A stretch of 64,000 nucleotides of DNA, taken from Lytechinus pictus (lineage: Eukaryota). Within the stretch, counting starts at the first letter, position 1; the number at the start of each line of letters is the position of its first letter. The translations under genes were made by a program, and so were the position numbers. Shown here piece by piece: positions 27,156 to 52,301 of the stretch. The stretch covers positions 9,612,001 through 9,676,000 of the forward strand of contig NC_087245.1 in assembly GCF_037042905.1 (NCBI RefSeq), read 5' to 3'. The notes beneath the pieces were generated by a model that saw only the letters and a list, made by a program, of their open reading frames with translations, had not been told where the DNA came from and made no database searches.

Positions 27156-30100
27156 TTAAAACTTTCAATTTTTCTTTAAAGTGATGAGTTCATTAAAACT
27201 TATTGTAGTGTTTCTCCAAAAGAAAAAAAAATAGGAGTATCTTCAAAATATGTGATATTGCTAGGTGTTTGTAGTTTCAGATATATAATTGTTTGTTTGA
27301 AATCATTGTAAAATATCCCTTTAGATTTTACTCTTCACACTGCACCCTTTAATAATCTTATTCTTCTGAACTATTCTTTTTCTATAACCTTCACTTACTT
27401 CAAATTTAACAACATTTACAAGTTAATTTCCTGAATTGTGCAATCATTTGTTTTTACTACAGGAAGCAGACTAGTAGTTGTTGACATGACCTTAATTCAT
27501 GACAGATGCTATAACAAAAGGTTTGAAGTTTAAGTCCAAAACGCAACCACAGTTATTCTTCCACTCGAGGTCATGCCCGTATGATTTCTTTATTGTTGGC
27601 TATTCAAACAACTTCCCTCAATCAAAGTCCGATAGAATTCTGATCGAATGAGTCAGACTTGTAACCACATAGGGTGTTCCCCATTTTGAACTTAAGAGTC
27701 AATATAATTTTTGCCACCTGTTTTTATATTGGATATAGAATTTGTAGCATTTGTGGGCAGTGTTTACACATATTGTCTTTATTTTGTCATATTTTTTTAC
27801 CTTACGTAAAATGATAGTACTGGTAGCCATTATTGGCCTACTTGTATCTCTGCACAGCGATATTCACACTGCACCTGTAGATAGATATTTGATGCACATT
27901 TGGAGCTCAATGTAAAGCCTACATGTATATAAAAAGGAGACTTGGTGGTGTAAAGTAGTGTGGTAGACTTCCCATTCAGAGACATGAAGGGTGCTGTTTC
28001 ATTGAATTAAAAATCAATTTCACAATTTTTTTTAGTTGAAGAATCACCCTCCAAAAATGAACTACTATTAGTCATAATGGGGGTATATTGAAGTTCATTA
28101 TATTTTATTTGTTATATGATATAAAGTATTATAAAAGCTTATTGAAGGATACTTGTTCAAAGTATGCTAAACTGGAGACCTTCACTTGTTATTTATGATG
28201 CCTGTTCAGACAAGTTTGTGGTTTTGTATTGTTCTATACAATATTTGTGAAAAGGTTCTGAAACTTTTGTTCACTCCTGTTTATCCATCTCCATGAAAGT
28301 AGTAGGCCTGAAAGCATTGTGAGCTACAATAGTGAAATTGAACAATGAAGCCCTGGCAGCTCATAAGTTTATGGGAATGATGTGGAAAAAAAAAACAAGG
28401 GAGAAACATGTAATGTACAAAAAAGATAGCAAACATGTAATACACATACATGTAGACTGAGATGGGGAGGAAGAAAGAGGAGGGGAGATATAAAGAGAGG
28501 GGGAGAGAGAGGGGGGGAGAGAAAATGAAACTGGCCTGTGTTTGGTTAAGGGGATTAGGAACTGACCTGGTGCATGGCCCTGAGCAATGATTAATCTCCA
28601 CCCCTTTTCTCAATGGAGCAACTTGATTGGTCAATACTTTTAATGAGGTAAGGGGATGCCCCCTTTTTCTATTACATCATCGAGCAACAATTTACAAAGA
28701 AGGATCGGGTGATCTTGTTTGGGTCCACTGTGTTTGTCAAGTCTCTTTGCCAACAAGTGTGTGAGTAGAATACATGTACATACTCCTTTTTGTCTTGTTA
28801 ATAATTTGATTAATAACATCTCAATAAAGCTGAAAGGCATGATTGTTTTTATCAACATACAGACAGTTTTTTTTTTTATGAAAGACTTTTTAGAAACACA
28901 ACAGAATCTGTGAATTTCATTCTTTTGAAATTGCAGAAATTTAATAATGTTTTCTCTTTATAGAAGAAACAAATGATTGTCATAAAGTTATTATTTCATT
29001 TTATAAAGCTCCTAAGTTCTTGTGATTTCAGGTTTTCTAATTGTAAAATCATATTTATTATAATTTGATATTTTGAAGCAAGTTTATTTATGATTGAATA
29101 AAATATTTACTTGGGGAAAAAACCCACTATCTGTCAATAACAGTACACCAACTTAAGAATATAGTCATGCAAACAAAACACTTGAGAACTTTAGAGAGTC
29201 TATCTTTGTGGTATTGCAACAAAGAATAGACACAAATAAGTTAAGTCCTCGTGACATCTATAAATACTAGATCCTAGGGGTCATCAATATATCAGTTCCA
29301 GCAGTATTGATTCATGCAAATGAGTAGGTAAAGTTTTTTTCTGATTGGTCGATTGGTCTGATATTATTTTATTGCCTTGAATAGTTGGGTAGGCTCTATA
29401 GGCTTTACTGATCACATGCTATGTGGACTGTGATGGTGGAGGGGTGTTCTTTGCACCATGTGAATTCTTGAGTGTGTTGAGTGGTGCTCCAAGTCTGGAT
29501 GTTCTTGCTCTTTAGGCATAGGTGAGTTTACAATAAGTAGTCAATATCATTATTATTGCTAGGAAAAGAAGTGTTTGCAAACTTCACGTGTCATAAGTTT
29601 ATTTTAAGTAAAAACTTCTTTCTTTCTTTTTTTTGCTCCTTTTACAATGTAGTCCTATTGTCATCTACTTTGATGGAATTGAAAATGTGGGGAATTTATT
29701 ATCCACAATTAATATGCTTTGATATTGATCTATAGATTTTTAAGGTTTTTAATTTCTCTATTTAAGTTTTGATAAGGTCTTCACCATTCACCCTTTTTCT
29801 TTTTGGTTCACATTTCTTTAATATGTTTTTAACTCTTTTTTTTTAAATTCTAGTCTGCTTTTAATTTAGTTCCTATTAGGTATAATTTTTCAATTAAACA
29901 GTCTCCATTACTGGCCCATCAATAATTTCTATGAAAAACTTTTGGATATGAATACAGATTGACTTTTAATTGCAGACGATTGTAAGGAAATTTATCATTA
30001 TAAACCTAAACATAACACGTATGTGAAAGAACCTATCCATCTATAGACCATTATCATCAGTCCTTTCCTTTGACTTCTTTGTTAGGAATATTGTTTAAAC

Positions 30101-32711
30101 ATCAATGATTTAATCACACTTCATTTCACCAAGGCCTTACCAAAGTTACCAAACAATCCTCAGGGTCAAAGTTGAAAACAAGTCATCTCGGACTCGTGAT
30201 TGCAAATAAATGCACCGCGTTGAGTGGCTGCTCTGGTCAGCTTCCCAGAAAATGATGACATCAAGTAGCATATCGTTACTGTTCCAGTGGGATACCTATC
30301 ATCCTGTCATGGTATACTCATAAATGTCATAGCCAATCTTCACCAAGATTCACTGACTACACAAACTTCAGGGTGGGTCTGAAGGAGGGATAGCTTTTAA
30401 CCCTTTGCCTGTGAGAGCTGTGTGGTCCCTGCATTATTTATAAACCTAAAAGCATTAAAGAAATTGTTAGTATAAAAATGGCTAAATAATATGCTGAATA
30501 AGATTGGTTTTGTATATGAATTTACCTGGAGGCAGATCCAGGCTTTCCTATTGGGGTTGGGTGCACAGTAAATTACCCACATTCAGGGGAAAAAATCCCA
30601 CTACCAAAATAAGCTATACTGTACTTGCTACCTTAAAAAAATGACAAGAATAAAAAGTTATTTTCTCTGAGGTGACAGAAATTGTATTAATAAATTTGAG
30701 GAGGAAAAACTTTACGGCAACATGATATCTTATTTCTTGCTAGTGTTGACCAGCTGAATCTCTAAGGGTGTGTTTATGCTTCCATTGTGTAGACAGAATT
30801 AACGTTTTCAAACATTTCAGAACGCCGATCGTAAACGTGGTCCTGGGAGTGCTGTTTATGCTTAACTTTTCAGAGGCGAAATCACGATCTCTAGCTGGCT
30901 TTGCATCGCAATTTTCGTTGAGCAGGAAAGCGAGGTCAAATTGGGCGCGCCCTTTTTCGAAAGTTTATCTTATCTGAGTGTTGTTATGGTCGACTCCCGG
31001 GGGTCGACTTTTATTTAAACATTGAACAATTTCCAAATAATCGCATGGAGCTAATTGACATAGCCATAGAATTTCCACCAATCCTGGAATAGTCCTCCAT
31101 CGACATTCATGTAGGAAGTAGGAAATACATGTAAGTACCATACAAGTTTGGGGAAAGATAAAAAAGTTTGCAGGTGGGAGATATAAAGCAAATAATACTG
31201 AAGAGAGAGAATTGGAAGGGCAAAATATTATGATGCTATTCAATGTCTGTCTCGGAAATCTTCCTACTCATTGTGCAATTAACAAAGACTAACGCTTGCT
31301 CACTAATGCCATGTGTCTCTTCGATGAGATTTCCCTGAACGGAATAAGCTGATAGCAGATTGATAGTCCATGATGATGGAATATGGCAATTAGACAAAGG
31401 GTATAGGGTCAGAAGTGCAATATGAAATCTGTTTGTTTGAATTTCATAGTATAATGATATTTGATACTGGTAAACATCTCAGATGATGCTCATTCCCATG
31501 TAGTGTTTTTAGAAAAGTCATCCTTATGTATATGAATCTTATTTATTCAGTAAGTCTATGCTCTTCTGGTTTGTGGCCTGTCAGTATAACATGTTCCACA
31601 TGCATGCTATCCATCCATGCAACAGGAAACGTAATTTACAATCGATGTGGCTCTCCATCCTCTCTGATTCCATCTTCACAAGCTCTTTGGAGCAGCGCCC
31701 GGCCGGCAGTAGACAAAACCCTCCAGCTTCCACTCTTATCTTCCGCAAAGGTCGTATTCTCCAGGCCTTGGTGCCGCTATGTCGCGCAAGCCCTCTAATG
31801 TTCAATTCATGAATCTTTGGTTGCGCTTTGCCTCTGCTTACATGATCCTTTTGCTTCACTATGGCAGGATGGGAAAGAGGGAAATTATCCCAATGCCGTC
31901 CAGAGATGGGAGACTTGTATCTGCGCCCTCAATCCATTTTGGGATGGGATTTTAGCAGCTGGAGCCAAATATACTCCTCTTCCTTGATTTAATCAACACT
32001 AAATTTAGGATTTTGCTGGAGAGTTGAGAGAGTGCGATAGTATCTGATACACTAAATTCAATGTTGAATTTTTATTTAGATTCATGAGTTGTCAGCAGTA
32101 CTTCATACTTCATTTTGTGAATTTCAACTGGGGGAAAAAAGGATCATTGATATCTAATTTTAATCATTCATGAATCTATTCAATGTTAAACAATGTACAT
32201 CAGAACCATATTGAAGTACATGTAGATAAAGCCTACATCATGTAGGCTTTATACATGTACTATACACTTGGTTGTATTCATCTCTCTTTCTCTCTCTCTC
32301 TCTCTTTTGTTTTGTCACTTAAAATGGACTATTCCAAAGGTCTTACAATGTAGTTCACAATACAACACATGGCTTTAACATGAAAATATCCATGAACATG
32401 TTAATCTGTATGCATGGTTGTTTGAATGAGAATTAATAATTCATATTTTCTGGAAGGATATCAGTTTCCATAAAAATTCCATGGTATACATGTATGTATA
32501 CATGTTGAGAGAAAAGGGAAAACACACAGAAATTTCCTCATGGGATATTTGGCATTTTTCTACAAAAAAAGTATTTTGTAAAACTGTAATTGTGTTCTAT
32601 GTTTATAGAAAGTCTTGTGATTTTTTCTGCCTATTTGGTAATTTATACAATTAAAAATTATTGTCAAGATCATGGTGATAGTGATAATCATTGTCAACAT
32701 TATGATGATGA

Positions 32712-33440
32712 TTCAATTCAATTCACAATTATTTCATTTTTGGTTAAAAATGTACATAATTCAAAATAAACAAAATTATTAACAAGCTAAAAAGTAGAAA
32801 GTGAAAATGAAATGGGGAACTGCAAAGAGAGCCAAGAGGCCTTGTACATGCACAGTTCCCAGTACATTAAAAGAAATAACAAGATAAAATACATGATATG
32901 AACAAAGTAAACATGAACAAAAGGACAAGAAATTACAATTTTTACAATACAGAAATGACTACACATACTTCAGATAAAGAAACTGCTTCAATTTTTTTAA
33001 GGGAATTAACTGATTTAACACATTGTATCATATCTTTATGGATCAAGTTCCAAATTACAGGGAAATTGTGTCGTACGGATTTCATTACATTATTAGTTTT
33101 AACAGGCCATAAAGTGAAACAAATGTTTAAAACCGGTATTGTGATGGTGGATTTGGTGATTAAGAGCAAACATTTCATGGACATTTTTTAAGAGGTAATT
33201 TATTCTGAAAATAAAGAAAACAATGTAGAGCAATAGAGAAATAGTATAAATCAAAAATAAATTTATTATAAGAGACCTAAGTTTTCTAAACGGTGGGGCA
33301 GAGTGAGCATAATAATGACATCCCATGCAACTACAAAGGGCTTTATTCTGCAATTTAAATATTTTTTATAATTTTTTTCGATTTCAATTTCCCCAAACGG
33401 CAACACAATATTGAAGATATGAGAGCATGAAAGAATTGTA
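32712..33440 (-). mobile_element. Decayed 3' end of an L2/CR1-group LINE
   Basis: Frameshifted QYCVAVWGN, LQNKAL...YYAHSAPPFRKL, FALNHQIHHHNT, PVIWNL...SVNSLKK motifs; short (ATTGA)n tail. Confidence 0.7.
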
Positions 33441-33477
33441 CTGTTGCAGAAGATGGAAGGGAATCATGATAATGATT

Positions 33478-33870
33478 ATGATGATTATGACGATGAAAGT
33501 GATGGTGATTAATTTTGATGGTGATCATCATGATCATGGATGTGATGATGATGATTGTGATGATTATGACGATGAAAGTGATGGTGATTAATTTTGATGG
33601 TGATCATCATGATCATGGATGTGATGATGATGATTGTGATGATTATGACGATGAAAGTGATGGTGATTAATTTTGATGGTGATCATCATGATCATGGATG
33701 TGATGATGATGATTGTGATGATTATGACGATGAAAGTGATGGTGATTAATTTTGATGGTGATCATCATGATCATGGATGTGATGATGATGATTGTGATGA
33801 TTATGACGATGAAAGTGATGGTGATTAATTTTGATGGTGATCATCATGATCATGGATGTGATGATGATGG
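33478..33870. repeat. 79-bp tandem repeat x5 built from degenerate (GAT)n
   Basis: gacgatgaaag recurs at 33489, 33568, 33647, 33726, 33805. Confidence 0.95.
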
Positions 33871-35676
33871 CAATGGTGACGACAGTGGTGGGGATGGGGA
33901 TGATGATGATGATGGTTATGAAGAAAGGAATAATATTACTAAGGTAGATAATGGTGAATAACCAACATATTCTTTGGGTGCAATCTCCCACCAGTTCTTG
34001 TAAAAATGGAGAAAAAAAATTAAGCTTGATAGAAATAGTATAAACTGATCAGCGTTTCATTTTCTTAAAAACCCTAACACATTACGATGAGAGCTTCATC
34101 TATGTAATTTTGATAAGGGCAATCAATGGAGCAGTACGACAGTGCATCGTACTTGCATTTATCCACTCAGCATTAATCTGATTCTTGTATCCAATTTCTC
34201 TTCCATTCCCTCTCATAAAAAGAGAGCAGGCATCGTAATTAAGCTCTGATGTTACACCAGTCCCCATACCCCTTTATCAATTTTCATAAAGCACAACATG
34301 GTAGATAATAATTTGTGTGTATGGGTTGCAAATGCATTTGCCCCACACAATCCAAGTCTCTGGAAGAACACACACACACAGTTCTGCATCTAGTAGCTAT
34401 CGTAATGCCTGCATACAGATCTATGCATCTATTTCAACGCCATTACGTCATATGCCTACTATACACTCGGAGCAGAGCTGAAACGGTGGACCATACTATT
34501 GGTAATCAACATCACAGCGGCATTCTGCGCTACGATTCTTAGCTGTTCGGTTGCGTTATGAGTGTGTTCGCACCCGCTCTGTGAGCATGGAACACTGTAT
34601 AGTAGTAAGCATCTCTCTCTGCAACTATCTGTGTGTATGAGGAGTAGGGCTAATTTATGCAATGACCACTAGGGTGTATGAATGGATGCGTAGAGGCTGC
34701 TTCTATAGATGCGTGTGTAAGGGTGTGTGTATACATACTATTATTCATGGATGGGGAAGCTCTGAAGGCAATAAAATATTGGACCTGCATACTAATGAAC
34801 CTATTCCACTATTTTCTCTTTGAAGGTTGCTGCTTGCGTATAGTAAATTAATTCAATCAAGTAATTATCTACTTGCTCTTTATGTTTTCTATTATTAGGC
34901 CTTTATACACTGCCTCTGGAGTACTGTGTATTTTCTTTTTATTTTGTTTATTTTCTCTCATTTCTGTGACTTCAGAATTTTTATGTGATTCATTGCTGGA
35001 TGCGATCCCCACAGTATTTTTTTTCAACTGACAAGTATTTTTGTAAAGGAAAATTTTGATTTATGAATGTTTTGATTATTCTGTGTGGCTCTTGTCTTGA
35101 GTCATCGGCCCTCGCTTTGCATAAATCTCTGCGATCGTGTGATACACGCACCACTTTGTGGACCCTTTCGCAGAATTTTCCTGTGTTCATGCTTGAATCA
35201 GAATCATCATGTGTTATGATTTCTTCTTTAAGGTGACGCTCTAAATCTGTTTGGACATGAGTATAAATGGAATAAAACTTTGCAGCTGTTCATTTGTTTT
35301 TCTGTTCAGCAACTTTATTGTCTCATAAATTTTTCATGGATTGATATTTCATATTGGAATACTGCTTTTTGAAAGAGTTAGTGATCTTTGGTGTTCTTGA
35401 AGATGGTGTCCTGATAACAATGGCCTCATTTACATGGGAGGATACCCAAGGATATCATTGTGAAATAACTTATCTGTGACTACATGTAATATTTTGCCTT
35501 TGTATTATTCACAGGGTGATAACATGTACTTTGCTACTTTTTATTGTATCTTGCAGAATTAAAAATAAACAACCTCCTCGTGCCTGTTACAAATTGAAAC
35601 TCGCTTATCTTGGCCCTAATCAGCATCAACGACCTGCTATACCGGTGTAACGTGAGGGCGTCCTACCGTTGCCTTC

Positions 35677-45490
<9,814 letters not shown>

Positions 45491-48400
45491 GTGTTTGCAG
45501 ACGAGATTCATTTATTACTTCAGACCTCAACAGATGTGGCAATCTATACTATATTGTGCAGCTTTGTTAAAGTTTATCCTGCAGAAAAGAAGAAAAAAAA
45601 GTATTATTTTATTGTTACTGCAGCTTTTCATGTATATTCAAAACAGACTATTCATATCATTTGCTTCATGTGAATTAATTTAGTACTTGATTTGTTAAGC
45701 TCATGTATTCTAATACATTTCCTCTTTCATTGTTATGATACATTCGGGCATTAGAGTTACTATTGCTTATATGCATGACATAACATTTATGTGCTCTTTT
45801 CATGAAATTCAAAATCATGTACAAAGTGATTGTGAATGATGTATCTGATAATACTTTGATGATGATGTCACTTGTACTTATAAATTTGAAAGGTTTTAAA
45901 AAGTATTATCTGAGAGAGAGAAATGTATTCATTTGAAGAAAAAGTAAACTAATTATTCATTTATCCAGCTTATGGTTTCATATTGATGAGTTCTTTGAGA
46001 AAATATTTGGAGAAATTTTGTTTTAAAGTAACACACTAAAGCATCTGTACAAAGTGAATGGTGCCATATAAAAATCTATAAACACAATCAATTTTTTTTT
46101 CAGTTGAGTTAAGAACATTAATTCGGTTGATGCTACTGACTCCATTGAAGTACAAAAAAGGAAAATATCTATACATTTGGTTGATTATGATATTTTTACT
46201 GACATAGAACAATACCATTTCAAACTTGTCGTGATTTGTTACAAAACCTTTTATATTCAAAGTGTAGCAGGACATCAGAAGTTCCGAGTCCGGAAAAGTG
46301 CAATGATGAAAATATATAATTCATTTGTAAAATGTCATGTATTCTTATTGGTTTTTCATATATATTACAAACTGTTTATCAGTGAATTAATATATCTATT
46401 GAGGAGTAAAGCTCTTTCTTTACAAAAGACATTGAAGCTGCTGTATTTTTTAGTATATAAAAAGATTGTGCAATTATAAAAAAATTTATGAAGAATGAAT
46501 CCTATATTCATATGCTTTTTTGTGGAACATTAAAAGAGAGAAAAAGAAAATGTGAATAACACTCCAAACCTTTTCTTAATTTGAGAATGGGGACGTCATT
46601 CAAGTTCGAATTCATATTTGCCTGTTTGAGAATCGCAGTTGAGTTTTGTTTTAAAGTTTGATTCTTTCATGCATTTGCAATTCATTTTGAGGAATTTCTG
46701 ATCTAATAAAGTCGTAGAAGACATTTAGCAACGCTCTCGATTCAAATGCAACTGCATATGTGACTGTTCTCAGGTATTGCCTCGTGCATCTATAACAAAA
46801 GGAAATGTTTGCTCAGTCTTCGTTTCCCATCAAGAAGTCTTGAAAAAATCATGTCCATTTGATATATACAGATAGGATCATCATTTTTTTATACTGATGA
46901 TGTGGCTGTATCAAGACTAACTTCTAGCTAGACCTATTGATTTGTTGTTGTTTTTGGAAATCATATTGTTGTAGATCACATGATCAGATTTCTGGTGGTT
47001 TGCAACAGTACTGCAATAAATGTGTATTTTCCAGAAATGTTTCTTGATTTAGGAATAATTCAATAATTTATTGATGGGACAGGAGTACTGAATTTACTTT
47101 GACAAAATAAATACCTGATGTACATATTTGTGTTAAATCATAATAACTTCCATACAGTGACAAAGTACTGAAAATATATATTGTTTTCAGTCATGTACGA
47201 ATTACTGAAAGATGTTTTTGGAGATAGTAACGGCAGATGAAAAGAAAGCTCCTCATAAAGATATTATGAATAGTGGACAGTGAGGTTTAATGTTTCTCCT
47301 CAATGGAAATGACTGAGTGTATATTAAATCTTTTTTAAAGTGTAAATTATTGTAAAAAAATGTAAATTAGGTGTTGATTTCTTGGATTTAAAATTGAAGA
47401 AGTCTCCCATAGTCATTCACTGCCATGATCACCCTGTAAATACTTAGTTTATCAATGATAAATGGCTAATTCATCCTTCCATTTTTATCATGCAACATAA
47501 TTCAAAGATCTCTATTAGATAATGTAACGACAGACACGTTAAATAGAATTAAAGCTGAAAAAAAATCACTAGTTATTAAAGTAATTTGTATGAAACTTCA
47601 GTTCTCAGTGATAGTAATATATGAACACCTTGTATTTTTATTTAGCTTACTGACTTCAGTACTGAACAATTTTACCCCATGGCAGCATGGTCATTATTAA
47701 TTTTATCAGTGACTTTACCCCCCCCCCCCCCCGATATGATAACTTTCATTTATGTTTAAAGGCTATTTATCAGTCTCTTTTGTTCTTGCCAGCCAATAAA
47801 GCTTAATGAGTGGTTTTATGATTATGAGTGTTTCTTTGCTAGTCCTTTTCAGGAAAGGACCATTTTTATGTTTGTTTACAGAAGGTAAACCTGAAACCAT
47901 TTTCGCTTTGTATTCTTTTATTATTAATAGCATATACATGTTGTATCTTTCAATACTGTATCACTGCGAACATGAAATATGTTATGTACATGTATATTGT
48001 GTAATAAACATTTTATGAGAGATGTACATTAAAATGCCTACTGGTATTTGTTATTAAAATATTGATAACAATTTATCATATTTGATTTAGTAGCCTATTT
48101 GCATTTTAGCTCTGCCCATTTGAGGCCAAAGCACAAAGTTTTTATGATCGTGCTATTATTTGCAATGTTCAATCTTTCTCAAGACTTTGTTTAACAAGAA
48201 AATGTGCTTTTCTTTGGAAGGTGACCCTATGAAACAGAGTCATTCCTTTGCAAATCATTGTAAAAAAAGAGAGCATTTGTTTATTGATTTTGTTATGCTA
48301 TTTTTCACATCTGCATTGTTTTAAAGATGTATATTTTATGGAATTGTGGTTCTAGTTGATCCTTGGTAAATGACCCAACTATTCATATAAAGGAATAGAT

Positions 48401-49108
48401 TAGAGGATAACTAAAAAAAACAACCTAACATTGGTGTGCTGGTTTATAAATATAGAAGAAAAAGATGCACAAGAATTCTCAAATGTGTGCAATTTCATGA
48501 AAACAATTATTATTTATTACTTAACTTTGTAATATTCACAGGGGTTCCCTAGGATAGCTCCTGAAAGGACACCCCCCCCCCCCCCCACTGGAGTAGCCTG
48601 GGGTATTAAATGCATGTAATATTCTACATTGGAGTTTGGAATTCCTACATTAGCTGTCAATTTTGTAGGATATAATATCAGATTCTTTCAGGATTAGTGT
48701 CCTATTAAAACATCTAATGCTCTTTTCTAATCTCAAAAGTGAAAAACATAACTGAATGGTGATGTCTTAGCCCCATCAAATTAAGATTGAATAGTCCTTT
48801 TACTGAAATGATGAAAATATAATGGCTGATTTTTAACAGCAATCATGTATTCAGATACAGATTGGTATGATTTTAGGCACTGCTTTTACATCATAGATAT
48901 CCTTTGATGTCTATGCATCATGTTTTCAACAGGTCATGTTTTTGTGATTGCTTGTCCACATAATTGCACACAAACTTTTTATGCATGTAACTTATGAAAG
49001 TTTTAAAGGAATGGATTCTTACAGATGTCCTCTCATATATTTCTGCATTGTTTTTAATGCACTATTGCTTTAAGAAGCGAACATCCTATTTTGAAAAGTT
49101 GTATTCAG

Positions 49109-49371
49109 TGTCCTGTCTTACAAAGAGTTACAGTTAATCCAATCAACCTCAATCCTATGGGAATCCATCATTGTAATAATATTTTCTACAAGAACTTTGA
49201 ACAATTTTCCTTGTAACCAAAGAAGCACGCAGAATTTTCAAGAATACAAGGAATGTATAAAGATACATCATAGTTATAAAATATTTTGAACAATCATGCA
49301 TAATGTTGACATTGCTGGCATTCCATAGTTGTGGTTGATTGGATCAATCACAACTCTTTATAAGACATGGC
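49109..49371. mobile_element. Harbinger-like MITE (diverged)
   Basis: tgtcttacaaagagtt / aactctttataagaca TIR; CAG on both flanks. Confidence 0.65.
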
Positions 49372-50889
49372 CAGTAATCCATGAACCTCAAACCCTACAT
49401 TTCCATTGAGAATATAACTTTGATGTTGGCTTGACTTGGATATTCATTAAAAAGGAATTTGCTTTAATTCAGGTACTTAATTAGTGATCAGATTCTAGTT
49501 GTGTTACCACATGATCACTGGAGTTTTTAAGATGATGGTTTATTTTATAGAGATCAAATTGTATTCTTATATAAATGCCCTTGGAATTAATATGTTCTTG
49601 ATTTTCTAGCAATGCTTATCAGTGAAATAGAAATAAACATATCTAAGGAGAGATGATCAAGAAGTGATGAATCCAATACCTTGCCTAACCTATAATGTCA
49701 GAGGATTGCAACAAACCCAGGGTATTTTACCCAACTTATTGGGTACTACTACTGATTGATAATACTGTGTCAGGATGACACATGTATGTTACAGTGTGTT
49801 TGACTGCAGTAGCTCAGTGAATTGATGCTACTTCAAATATGAATTGTTTAAATGTCAATTTGACAGGAAGTCTTTTGATGACCTGCCTGCATGCAGGTTT
49901 ATCATATTTTCTGGCTTCAGAGAATGTGTGGAATGATGAATGTAAAACAACTATCTGAATGTTCAGATTTCTTGAAAGACTGATGATGTGGATCAGAAAG
50001 AAATGTAATGAGGTTTTTTTTGTGTTGTGAAAGTACAAAGTAAGTTTTAAAGTGTAATTGAGATATATCATGTCAAAACAGGTATGTACAATAAATGAAC
50101 ATATGAAAATATACTTAATGAAATGATTGTAACCATTTGCTGATGTAGTGTTAAGGGTAGAGATGAGTAGAGTGAAACGGAAGCAAAAAGCAAGAAAGGG
50201 ATAAATGAGGAAATAGGTGGTAAATTGAGAATTGGGGAAAGGTAGAATTTGCCATACCTAGCAACAGCATGAAATATTTTACAATTCTGATGAGCGAAAT
50301 CACACAAAATGAATTTTTGTTGGTGTTGAAAGAATGACCTGAAAAGGCTGCTTTTAGTAATTTACTGGAGCAAAATATATACAAACAACTTTTAGCATCT
50401 GAAAATGAATTAAGAAAAAACAGTGTATGGATAATCTTATGAGAAAAGGGGTTCAGGGCATGAGCTGGTAAGAGAGTAATTACACTTCAATGGAATGATT
50501 AAGGGGAAAAGTGAATTGAATGGGAGATAGGGTGGGGAAGAAGAGGATATGGAAGGTTTATTGGAGAGGGGGTGATATTGATGGGACAAGAAGATCATCT
50601 TCGGATGTTATAGAGGGTGTAGAACAAAGGAGGAGATAGAGAATATGAGAATAAGAAAGATTTTTTATGAGAAAGTCCTGTCCTCCACAAAAGGGTTAGG
50701 ACATTTTATTTTTTGCTCGTCACAGAATTTTGAAAGAAATAGTGCCCCTCCCCCTCTATTCGATCCGGTCACTGCCAGATCCGCCGCTCAACTCGACTAT
50801 GCAATTTTTATCTTATTCTGCCCTTTCATTTTTTTTCTGAGGTCTTATTGTTCAAAAAAATATTTGCTCTTAACAAAATCAGTCTACTT

Positions 50890-51066
50890 TGGAGATAGAG
50901 GTCATAGGATGAAGTTGGATAAGAATTTTTCTCGACTTGATATTAGCTAGAAGTACTTTTTTAGTAATAGAGTTGTAGATATGTGGAATAATCTTCCTGA
51001 TAATGTTGTTTCAGCTTCTTCGGTCAACTCCTTCAAAATCGCCTGGATACACTGGTCTAAGAATTA
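50890..51066 (+). mobile_element. CR1-type LINE 3' fragment
   Basis: RGHRMKL...KYFFSNRVVDMWNNLPDNVVSASSVNSFK, the typical CR1 ORF2 C-terminus, with a frameshift. Confidence 0.8.
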
Positions 51067-51273
51067 AGACTTGCTTCATGAGCCAGTATAGGCAGTATTG
51101 TCTTTGTTTTATTCGGTTTTAGCATATGTACACATTTTCTGACAGTTCTTTCTTGTGTATAAGTCTATTTATTTGCTCAATATCATGAATACTGTACTAC
51201 TACCAGAGGAGATACTACGATCGATGAACAGGCACTCAACAAAAAGAGTGGGTCTTCATAAACCCGTCATTAA

Positions 51274-51868
51274 AGGGATGGTTCAGGCTGCAGATATTTA
51301 TATTTCAATAAAATTTACAAAGCAAAATGCTGAAAATTTGACAAAACAAATATCGGAGTTATTGAATTTTACAGATTTGCATTATTCTGGTGAAACAGTT
51401 CTAGGCATGTCTTTATGAATATTCATTAGATGGGCTGATGATGTCATATTCCCACTTGTTCTTTTGTTTTTTATTATATGATATTAGGTTTATTCAAATT
51501 TTTTTATATATACCAAGAACTAAAACAATTGCATTGACAACTGATAAAGTGCATTAGTTATTTATTGCCGCAACTCATTTCATCATAATGGAGACACATC
51601 ATTTACACATGTATGAAAAAATGAAACATTTATGATTTCATGTAATAACATAAGAAAAGGAAAAGTGGGGATGTGACATCATCAGCCCACCTAATGAATG
51701 TTCATTATACCGTGACGATCTGCATATAACCGTTTTCACAAAATATTGACAGAATTTAAAATTCAATAACTTTGTTATTTGTTATCCAATTCTGATGAAA
51801 TTTCCAGCATTTTGCTCTGTGAATTTTACTCCATTTATTTAGATATTTTAAGCCCGGACCATATTCCT
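51274..51868. mobile_element. Kolobok/T2-like MITE
   Basis: TTAA|AGGGATGGTTCAGGCT ... AGCCCGGACCATATTCCT|TTAA; internal inverted tgatgtca motifs. Confidence 0.8.
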
Positions 51869-52129
51869 TTAACGTTATACCGGGACGTTATATACCCACA
51901 AATCTAACAAGGAAAGAAAGGAATAATTACTGCATGCAGTAACCAGAAGAATTTCTCATTTTTGCAAAACTACCACCCCCCCCCCCCCCCCCCCTCCGGC
52001 TGCGCTTGTATGGCCCCGTTATTGCCCTGTTTTTACTTTCGGCCCAGCAGGCAGCTGGTCCACTGACAGAATTCAGTGTGCCCCACCCCCTTTTTCTCTG
52101 CTGAGCTGAGCTAGTTGACGAAATGTCAA

Positions 52130-52200
52130 CAATCAACTTCCGGGTAGTGTGTTGTGTGTGGATCAAAAACTGCTTGACGTCACCAGGCCAGTGGATCGTG
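52130..52200 (+). promoter_or_regulatory. Probable PLEKHA promoter: ETS site and CRE
   Basis: acttccgg at ~52136 and TGACGTCA at 52175-52182, 120-165 bp upstream of the ATG. Confidence 0.5.
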
Positions 52201-52301
52201 GGGGATTAGAAGGTAGCAAGGGCAATTTTACGGCAATCATATAACTCTTGTGGTCTGTTTCTTTCACATTTTGTGTCTCGTCAATTACAGTGATATTCAA
52301 G

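Noticed and set aside
33355..33991. His-rich and Asp/Met-rich ORFs
   Set aside because: Products of the (GAT)n-derived tandem repeat.
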